Shown in pieces: positions 57,064 through 64,000 of a stretch of 64,000 nucleotides of DNA (within the stretch, counting starts at the first letter, position 1; each line of letters opens with the position of its first letter). The position numbers and the translations under genes were made by a program. The stretch lies in assembly GCA_041484665.1 (NCBI GenBank), contig JBGPIA010000016.1, positions 32,001 through 96,000 on the forward strand, given 5' to 3'. Below the pieces are notes generated by a model. The model saw only the letters and a list, made by a program, of their open reading frames with translations, ran no database searches and had not been told where the DNA came from. The stretch comes from Candidatus Krumholzibacteriia bacterium. GTDB lineage: Bacteria; Krumholzibacteriota; Krumholzibacteriia; JAJRXK01.

Positions 57064-60000
57064 ATGCCAAGACCCCGTCACGCCCGTCGGGCGCTGCTGC
57101 CGGCGCTCGCGCTCGCACTGCTCGCCAGCGTAGACCGGCCCGCGGATGGCGACGCGTCGTCACCTGCCCGCGCGGCTGGCGCTGCGTCTGGGTCCGCCCC
57201 GGCGGCTGGCAGCGTGTCAGCGCCTGCCCGCGCGTCGGACCCCGCCCTCAAGCAGCGCTACGACCGCGTGATCGCCATGGGCGACTCGCTAGTCGCCCTC
57301 GACCGGCAGGCCGATGCCCTGGCGCTGGTGCTGCCCGTGCTCGCGCAGGCGCGCGCCGTGCGGGACTCCAGCCTGCAGCTGTCGCTGGTGATGTTCCAGG
57401 GGAGCCTGCTCAACGGCCTGCAGCGCATGCGGGAGGCCGAGCCGGTCCTGCGCGAAGGCCTCGCTCTGGCCGGGGCGTTGCGCGACACGACCCGCATGTG
57501 CAACGCGCTCGACAACCTGGCCTTCGCCGCCGACGCGCTCGGGCGCAAGGATGACGCCATCGCGCAGCTCACGCGCCTGCGTGCGCTCGCCCAGCAGGGG
57601 CGGCTGCCGGCCAAGGCGATCTGGGCGCGCATGGGCCTCGCCCGCCAGGCAATGCGCAGCGGAGACCACGCGGCCGCCAAGACCGAGCTGCAGGCGACCC
57701 TCGACGAGCTGGCCACGGTGGACAATCCCCATTACAAGGCCAGCGCGCTGAATCTGCTCGCCATCTGCCACAAGTCGCTGGGCGAGTGGAACGCGGCCAT
57801 GGCCTGCTGGAGGAGCTGCCTGGATGTCGCGCGCAAGGCGAAGGACCAGAGGGTGGCGGCCACCGCCCTAACGAACCTCGCCACGATGGAATACTACCTG
57901 GGTGATCCTGACTCGGCGCTCCGCCACCAGCTCGAGATCCTGACCGACCTGCGCGCGCGTGGACAGTGGGACACCGTGGTCACCGCAGGCAGCAACGTGA
58001 TCACGATGCAGACGTTGCTGCGGCAGTACGACGCGGCCGAGGCGCTCGCCGGCGAGCTGCTGCAGCTCTCGCAGGAGCGGGGCTTGCTCGACAAGCAGTG
58101 TCTGGTGCTCAACGTGCTGGGGATGCTGCGCATGGACCAGGATCGCAACGCCGAGGCCGCCAGCGCGTTCCGCCAGTCGCTCGCGTTGCAGGGCAGCAAG
58201 CCGGTAGACTTCGAGATGGAGGCGGCTACGGGGCTCTCGCAGGCCCTGGCCAAGATGGACAGCACCACGGCGGCGCTGGCCTTCCTGCAGCAGAAGGACC
58301 GCGAGCTGCGCCCGCGCCTCTCGGTGGAGGTGGGCCACACCCTCGATCACGTGCTGGCCGACCGCCTGCTCGATGCCGGGCGCTACGATCAAGCGTTGCA
58401 GACGCTGCAGCGCCTCGACCGGGCCGGGCGCGAGACCGGCCGCTCGCTGTATCAAGTGAGCTGCCTGGCTCGTGCCGGGCGTTGCTTCCGCGCGCTGGGC
58501 CAGCCCGACAGTGCAAGGGCGTACTTGCGGCGCGCGGCACGCGTGTGGGAAGCGGAGCGCAGCGTGCCGCTGGATCCCCAGTGGCGCGAGCAGCGCGGCG
58601 AGGATGCCCGGCTGGTCGATACCGACCTGGCCGATCTGCTGTTGCAGGCCGGCGGCGCGCCCACGGCGAGCACCACTACGGCGAGCACCACTACGGCGAG
58701 CGCGGCCACGGCAAGCGCGCCCGCCGGTGCCTCACCGGCTCGCGCTTCCCTGCGGGACGCCTTCGAAGTGCTACAGCGGTTCAAGGCGCGCACGTTGCAG
58801 GAGCGCATGTTGGGTCCCGGAGCGGTCGCAACGGCCTTCAGCCCGGTGGCGCTGGATACCCTGCAGCAGCGCGTCCTGCAGCCCGGCGAGGTGTTCCTCG
58901 ACTTCTACCTGGGGCCTCGGACATCGCTCCTGCTCGTCATCACTGCGGACTCGTGCCTCGTCGCGCGCCTACCGGGCGAGGAGCTGGAGCTCGCGCGGCG
59001 CGTGCGCCTCTGCCACGAGTTGATGGCCACGCCGCCTGCTGCCGGCGGCGCCGGAGCGCCCATGCAGGCGACGCTCGTGGAAGCGGGCCGCCAGCTGAGC
59101 GAGTTGTTGTTGGGCCCAGCCGCTGGACTGCTACGCGGCGCGCGCCGCGTTGTCTACAGCCCGGACGGTGTGCTCAACGTCATTCCGCTGGAGGCCTTGT
59201 GCGGCGCGCCGGATGGTGGCGGCGCATGCGCTCCTCTGCTGCAGGAGGGGGAGGTGTTCCGCGTTCCCTCGGCGACTCTGCTGGCGAAGCTGCGCGCTGC
59301 GCGGCGTCCGCCGCAACGCGGGGCGATCCTGGCTCTCACGGGGCGCGCCGAGCCTTCCGGAAGTTCGCTTCCAGGTGCGCAGCGCGAGGTGCGCGCGCTG
59401 GCGTCGAGCTTCGCCGGCGTCGAGCGCCGGGATGCCGGGTCCAAAGCGGCGGCAACCGCGCTGGCGCCGGCGGCCCTGGCGGGCTATGGGGTCCTCCACC
59501 TTGCAGCCCACACCGTGGTCGACGATCGGTACCCGTGGCGCTCGGCGATCCTGCTCGCGAGTAACGACGCCGCCCCGGCGGAAGCCGGGCGGCGGGCAGC
59601 TCCGCAGGACGCGCCGGCCCCATCACGCAACGGGGGGCAGCAGCTGCAGGCCCCACCGCGCGAGGGGGTCATTGCTCCCGGCGACGAAGCCGCAGCCCAA
59701 AGCGGCGCACCTGGCGCCCTCTACGCTGCTGATATCGCGGTCCAGAAGCTCTCCGCGCGTCTGGCCGTGTTGTCCGCTTGCGAGTCCGCCGCCGGACGCG
59801 TGGTCTCCGGTGAGGGCGTCCAGGGATTGTCGAGCGCGTTCCTGAGCGCCGGCGTGCCGGCGGTGATCGGTACCCTGTGGCCCGTCGACGACGCGGCCAC
59901 CGCCAGATTGATGCAGGTGTTCTACGATGACCTTGGCAACGGACACCGCCCAGCCGCGGCGCTGCGCCGCGCGCAGCTCGTTCTGCGCAGCGCGGCGGCG

Positions 60001-60183
60001 ACAGCGCAGCCCTACTACTGGGCCGGATTCGTGCTGGTGGGAGACGGCGATGTGACCGTCGAGCTCCACCGCCGCCCGAACATCCCCCTGTCCTTGTTGG
60101 TCGTGGGCGTGATGCTCCTGTCCGGCAGGTTGCTGGTCGTCGTGACGCGCTGGTGGAGCGCGAAGCGAAACGCGGCCGCCTGA
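57064..60183 (+). CDS. TPR-CHAT (caspase-like) protein with an N-terminal signal and a C-terminal TM helix
   Basis: TPR arrays; CHAT motifs SPDGVLNVIPLEAL, LPGAQREV, VLHLAAH, VLSACES, GEGVQGLSSAF, LWPVDD, PYYWAGFVLVG; hydrophobic C-terminal helix followed by KR. Confidence 0.9.
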   Translation: MPRPRHARRALLPALALALLASVDRPADGDASSPARAAGAASGSAPAAGSVSAPARASDPALKQRYDRVIAMGDSLVALDRQADALALVLPVLAQARAVRDSSLQLSLVMFQGSLLNGLQRMREAEPVLREGLALAGALRDTTRMCNALDNLAFAADALGRKDDAIAQLTRLRALAQQGRLPAKAIWARMGLARQAMRSGDHAAAKTELQATLDELATVDNPHYKASALNLLAICHKSLGEWNAAMACWRSCLDVARKAKDQRVAATALTNLATMEYYLGDPDSALRHQLEILTDLRARGQWDTVVTAGSNVITMQTLLRQYDAAEALAGELLQLSQERGLLDKQCLVLNVLGMLRMDQDRNAEAASAFRQSLALQGSKPVDFEMEAATGLSQALAKMDSTTAALAFLQQKDRELRPRLSVEVGHTLDHVLADRLLDAGRYDQALQTLQRLDRAGRETGRSLYQVSCLARAGRCFRALGQPDSARAYLRRAARVWEAERSVPLDPQWREQRGEDARLVDTDLADLLLQAGGAPTASTTTASTTTASAATASAPAGASPARASLRDAFEVLQRFKARTLQERMLGPGAVATAFSPVALDTLQQRVLQPGEVFLDFYLGPRTSLLLVITADSCLVARLPGEELELARRVRLCHELMATPPAAGGAGAPMQATLVEAGRQLSELLLGPAAGLLRGARRVVYSPDGVLNVIPLEALCGAPDGGGACAPLLQEGEVFRVPSATLLAKLRAARRPPQRGAILALTGRAEPSGSSLPGAQREVRALASSFAGVERRDAGSKAAATALAPAALAGYGVLHLAAHTVVDDRYPWRSAILLASNDAAPAEAGRRAAPQDAPAPSRNGGQQLQAPPREGVIAPGDEAAAQSGAPGALYAADIAVQKLSARLAVLSACESAAGRVVSGEGVQGLSSAFLSAGVPAVIGTLWPVDDAATARLMQVFYDDLGNGHRPAAALRRAQLVLRSAAATAQPYYWAGFVLVGDGDVTVELHRRPNIPLSLLVVGVMLLSGRLLVVVTRWWSAKRNAAA

Positions 60184-60324
60184 GCGCCAGCCGATCCGGG
60201 TGCAGAGCCGCCTCGATACCCACCCGTACGATCACCCTCCGTCGCTCGCGACGCCCTGGGCGTGGCTTCAAGAGGCCCTGCGTGGGCCGTTCATGCGTCG
60301 CCTCTCCTCAAGCCCCATGTCGGG

Positions 60325-61890
60325 TCATGCCGTCCCTCCCCGCCGCTCGATCACCATCTCGATCGCCCGGCTGGGGCGAAGCGTGATCGACGGCGCCGGC
60401 GCGATCGATTGCCCCGGCACGAGCCGAAGCCGCCAGCGCTGTGCCAGCGTCGCCAGCACCAGGCCCATCTCCAGCCACGCGAACGACTCGCCGATGCACA
60501 CGCGCGGGCCGGCCCCGAAGGGGAAATACGCGAACTTCGGCCGCTGCGCCCGCGCCTGCGGAGCCCAGCGCTGCGGATCGAACTCCTCGGGCCGCGGATA
60601 CCAACGCGCGTCGCGGTGGGCCACCCATTGGCTCATGATCACGAACGAGCCCGCCGGAACCCGGTACCCGCCCAGCTCCACGTCCACGAGCGCCCGCCGC
60701 CCCAGGATCCACGCCGGAGGGTACAGGCGCATCGACTCGGTGAGCACCATCTCGGTGTAGGGCAAGCGCGGCCAATCGCGGGGCTGTGGTGCGCGGCCGC
60801 CCAGCACGGCATCCAGCTCGGCGTGGAGTTGCGCCTCCGCCTGCGGGGCCTGCGCCAGCAGGAACCATGTCCACGCCATGGCCACGGCGGTCGTCTCGTG
60901 CCCCGCCAGCAAGAGCGTGATCGCCTCGTCGCGCACCTGCTGGTCGCTCATGCGCGCGCCGGGCTCCAGCTCGTCGTGCGCCAGCAGCAGCATCGACAGC
61001 AGGTCGCCACGGTCCACGCCCGCGGCGCGGTGCTCGGCGATCATGCGGTCGATGGTGGCGTCGAGGCGCTGCTTGGCCTTGCGAAATGTGCGGCCGGGAC
61101 CGACGGGCAGGCCGGCCAGGGCCTCTCCCCAGGGCAGCATCAGCTGGTTGAACAGACCGAGGGCGGCGCCCAAGGCGACGCCGATTTCGTCGGCCTCGTC
61201 CTCGACCTCCGTGGCGAACAGCGTCGTGCCGACGATGGACAGCGTCAGGCGCATCATCTCGCGCCAGACGTCGATCGTTGCGCCGTCCTCCCAATGGTCG
61301 CGCAGCCGCCGCGCTCGCTCCGCCATGACCGCGCCGTAGCCACCCGAATCGCCGTAGCCCTCCGAGCCGGCGTGGCCGCTGAAGTCGCCGCGGGCGCCCG
61401 ATTCGGCGTGGTCGACGCGTTCGCCGTAGCCGCCCGATCCCATGATCCGCTCCGGCCGAAACGCGGGCTGCGAAAGGCGGCGTTGGCGCGCGTGCAGCTC
61501 TCCCTCGCTGGTGAGCAGCCCCTCGCCCAGCAGGCGCTTGGCCCGCTGCAGCCCGCGCCCTTTCATGAAGCTGCGATGCTGGGTGACCAGCACCGCCTTG
61601 ATCAGGTCGGGATGGTTGACGAAGGTGACCGGCTGGCGGGCCAGGCGGAAGCGGGCGATGTCGCCGTGGTCGCGCGCCAGACTCGTGAGCAGGCGCAGCG
61701 GATCGCGGCGCATCGCGAGCACGATCGCGCCCGGAAAACGGGATCGGGGGCCCGGCGGGTGCGGACCCGGTGGGTTGGAGCCGGGCAGGTGACGGCCCGG
61801 GGGATCAAAGCCCGGTGGCTGTGGGCCCGGCGATCGCGGGTCCGGCCCCGACGTGGAGTGCGGAGTTGCGTCGAGCGTCGGCGGCTCCAT
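60325..61890 (-). CDS. Cytochrome P450
   Basis: GLLTSEG, LAGHETTA, ESMRLYPPAW, PEEFDPQRW, YFPFGAGPRVCIG. Confidence 0.95.
   Translation of the reverse strand: MEPPTLDATPHSTSGPDPRSPGPQPPGFDPPGRHLPGSNPPGPHPPGPRSRFPGAIVLAMRRDPLRLLTSLARDHGDIARFRLARQPVTFVNHPDLIKAVLVTQHRSFMKGRGLQRAKRLLGEGLLTSEGELHARQRRLSQPAFRPERIMGSGGYGERVDHAESGARGDFSGHAGSEGYGDSGGYGAVMAERARRLRDHWEDGATIDVWREMMRLTLSIVGTTLFATEVEDEADEIGVALGAALGLFNQLMLPWGEALAGLPVGPGRTFRKAKQRLDATIDRMIAEHRAAGVDRGDLLSMLLLAHDELEPGARMSDQQVRDEAITLLLAGHETTAVAMAWTWFLLAQAPQAEAQLHAELDAVLGGRAPQPRDWPRLPYTEMVLTESMRLYPPAWILGRRALVDVELGGYRVPAGSFVIMSQWVAHRDARWYPRPEEFDPQRWAPQARAQRPKFAYFPFGAGPRVCIGESFAWLEMGLVLATLAQRWRLRLVPGQSIAPAPSITLRPSRAIEMVIERRGGTA
61751..61840 (-). 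repeat. Six 15-bp repeats encoding (xxxPG)n at the P450 N-terminus
   Basis: PRSPG PQPPG FDPPG RHLPG SNPPG PHPPG. Confidence 0.75.
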
Positions 61891-62246
61891 CGCGCGCGCG
61901 CTGGCTCGGGCGTAAGCGCTCTGCTTCCAAAGCGTCTGCGCGAACTTCGGCGCGTGCGCGGTACGCGCGGCGGCCCGGTCGTGTCCGCGGCGAGCCGACC
62001 ACCTTCACTGCAGCTCGACCGCGAGCGGGCTCGGGAGCGTAGCACAGCCATCGCCGCGGCTGACAGGACTCCGAGCAGCGTGCTGGGCTGCCGATGGCCG
62101 TGCCCCTCCCGGATGACCGACGCTGCTGCTGCACATCCGCAGCATCCGGTGTACCATAGAATGCCATTGCGGGGCTCGCCCGCGGGATTGCATCTGCACG
62201 CGGGCAGCGGCCATCGGCTGTCCAACCCATGGGAGAGGGAGCTGCC

Positions 62247-62954
62247 ATGCACGACCCACGCAGCAATCGTCTGCGCCCCCCGAACCGACCCTGCGCATGC
62301 CGCACCACAGCGCGGCTCGCCGCTCGGACCGCCCGGGCGATTGCGGTCGCTCTGGTGCTGGGCCTGTGCGCCAGCGGTTGCGCGCCTTCCAGCCGCATCA
62401 CCCAGCTTTGGAAGGACCCGGCGTACAGTGGCGCTCCGATGAAATCGATGATGGTCTTCTGCATCAAGAAGGACCCCGTCCGCCAGCGTGTGTGGGAGGA
62501 CGCGTTCGTCACGGAGCTGGCCAAGTGCGGAGTCCAGGCCACGCCGTCGTACACCTTGTTCGTGAACGGACAGGTCGACACCCTGAAAGCCCACGATGCG
62601 ATCGACCAGGGTGTCCGGGATGGCTTCCTGATGGTCAAAAACCTCGGCAAGGACACCAAGACCACCGTCATCCCCGGCATGACGACGCGCGAGGTGGTTG
62701 GGCGCCACTACGACCCGGTCTGGCGCACGTTCGAGACCGTGTACCGGGAGGTCAAGGCGCCGGACTACGTCGAGACGGAGACGGTCCGCAGTTACGAGTC
62801 GAATCTGTTCAGCGGCGGTGACGAGCGCCAGCTGGTCTGGTCTGGCGAGAGCGCGGCGGTCAACGCGGAGTCCTCCCAGGACGCCGGGCAGAAAACGGCG
62901 AAGACCATCGTCGCGGGGCTCCGCAAGAGCGGGCTGATCCGCGCGGCCAAGTAA
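62247..62954 (+). CDS. Lipoprotein, DUF4136-like
   Basis: Lipobox ASGC; WKDPAY..RQRVWEDAFV..ESNLF..LVWSG..LRKSGLI; GGGAG RBS. Confidence 0.75.
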   Translation: MHDPRSNRLRPPNRPCACRTTARLAARTARAIAVALVLGLCASGCAPSSRITQLWKDPAYSGAPMKSMMVFCIKKDPVRQRVWEDAFVTELAKCGVQATPSYTLFVNGQVDTLKAHDAIDQGVRDGFLMVKNLGKDTKTTVIPGMTTREVVGRHYDPVWRTFETVYREVKAPDYVETETVRSYESNLFSGGDERQLVWSGESAAVNAESSQDAGQKTAKTIVAGLRKSGLIRAAK

Positions 62955-63081
62955 GGTCGTGGTGGCCGGCTATGTCGGTGCGCGCCGCGGCGGCGCGCCA
63001 CACGATGTCGATGTCTGAGTTCTGCATCAAGTCCGGCGAGCATGGCGCCGGTGAACGGATCTTCCCTGGAGGTAACCCCCG

Positions 63082-64000
63082 ATGAACATGCAGATCGCAG
63101 CGTTCTTCCGCATGGTGGCGGCGATGACGCCCACGCTGCTGGGCGCCGCCGGCGCAGCGTGGGCGTCCCCGGCGCCCAGTGACAATCCAGCAATGGTCGG
63201 TGGCTGGGACGTCGGACACCAGACCATGCGCGCGAGCTCCGCCGGTGAGCGCGATCCCAATCCAGCCCTGGTCGGATTCTGGGGTGTGGGCAAGGGCGGC
63301 AGCCACGACCGCCACAGCAACCCGACCCTGGTCGGGTTCTGGGGCGTCAACGCCCAGAACGCGGCGGCGGGACCGGCGCGCGGGAACAACCCGGCCCTGG
63401 TCGGAACGTGGGCGTTCTCGGGCGACAGCGACGGCGACGGCGTGCTCGACGAACAGGATCATTGCGCCAACACCCCCCGGGGCGCGGTGGTGGACTCCCA
63501 AGGCTGCCCGGTTGACAGCGATGGCGACGCCGTTCCCGACGGCATCGATCAGTGCGCCAATACGCCGCGGGGCGCCAAGGTCGACGCCAAGGGCTGCACA
63601 ATGGACTCCGACGGTGACGGCGTCGTCGATGGCATCGACCAGTGCGGCAGTACGCCGAAGGGCGCCAAGGTGGATGCCAGGGGCTGCCCTGTCGACAGCG
63701 ACGGCGATGGCATCCCCGACGGCGTCGATCAGTGCGCGGACACCGCGCGAGGCGCCAAGGTCGATGCGAAGGGCTGTCCCAAGGACAGCGATGGCGACGG
63801 CGTCCCCGACGGCATCGATCAGTGTGCGGACACCCCCAAGGGCGCGAAGATCGACGCCAAGGGCTGCCCGATCACCCCGAAGGAGGCGGAGCTCCTCGAC
63901 ACCGGGACGCTGCGCCTGCAGCAGGTCTACTTCGACTCGCGCGAGGCAACCCTCAAGCCGGAGTCGTACCCCGCCCTGGACGAGGTGGGGCAGATCCTCA
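63082..64000 (+). CDS. OmpA-family protein with thrombospondin type-3 repeats; runs off the window
   Basis: GGAGG RBS and ATG 63082; signal peptide ending AWA; four NPxLVGxW motifs; five DSDGD(G/A)xxD..DxC..T..G..VD..GC units; OmpA-C start LQQVYFDSREATLKPESYPALDEVGQIL. Confidence 0.9.
   Translation, partial: MNMQIAAFFRMVAAMTPTLLGAAGAAWASPAPSDNPAMVGGWDVGHQTMRASSAGERDPNPALVGFWGVGKGGSHDRHSNPTLVGFWGVNAQNAAAGPARGNNPALVGTWAFSGDSDGDGVLDEQDHCANTPRGAVVDSQGCPVDSDGDAVPDGIDQCANTPRGAKVDAKGCTMDSDGDGVVDGIDQCGSTPKGAKVDARGCPVDSDGDGIPDGVDQCADTARGAKVDAKGCPKDSDGDGVPDGIDQCADTPKGAKIDAKGCPITPKEAELLDTGTLRLQQVYFDSREATLKPESYPALDEVGQIL
63424..63870 (+). repeat. Five 90-bp coding repeats (TSP type-3-like Ca-binding, 30 aa each)
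   Basis: gacagcga(c/t)ggcgac...gatcagtg...gacgccaagggctgc recurs every 90 nt. Confidence 0.9.

Noticed and set aside
51056..61890. Terpene or other secondary-metabolite cluster (cyclase-like protein, aminotransferase, P450)
   Set aside because: The genes are on mixed strands and separated by unrelated genes, the cyclase-like protein lacks DxDD, and no precursor-supply or redox-partner genes are present.
63184..63415. CRISPR-like pattern of ~24-29-bp repeats with 36-51-bp spacers
   Set aside because: The repeats are in frame in a CDS, vary mostly at synonymous positions and are not palindromic, and no cas genes are present.

Overview
GC-rich bacterial DNA of mixed accessory genes. It most likely comes from an FCB-group lineage such as Eisenbacteria, Krumholzibacteria or Latescibacteria. 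This is inferred from two secreted proteins ending in FlgD-Ig/T9SS-like domains and one ending in a 'SWGSFK' tail. About 36 real genes are supported; most other ORFs in the track are GC shadow frames. The genes include an ECF sigma / triple-VOC / methyltransferase operon, a divergent TIGR02999-type ECF sigma that reads through into a large Calx-beta protein, and a PDZ aspartyl protease with PadR behind a clear promoter and palindrome. Also present are a membrane Fe-S/HEAT/cNMP protein coupled to sthA, carbohydrate-active secreted proteins, murJ, a two-permease RND system, lemA with DUF2207, a kinase-FGE-hydrolase fusion, a U32 hydroxylase, a TPR-CHAT protease, a P450 and a TSP3-OmpA protein. 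The most interesting signals are (1) an orphan 56-aa peptide with a lasso/RRE-type leader but a non-lasso core, (2) an ECF sigma coupled to a probable anti-sigma/triple-VOC sensor with an internal in-frame start, (3) an unrecognised NPxLVGxW repeat where the OmpA beta-barrel usually sits, (4) deletion-damaged pseudogenes and an IS481 relic, and (5) many tandem-repeat loop insertions between 50 and 62 kb. I found no rRNA, tRNA or CRISPR array. All family assignments come from motif recognition, not database searches.
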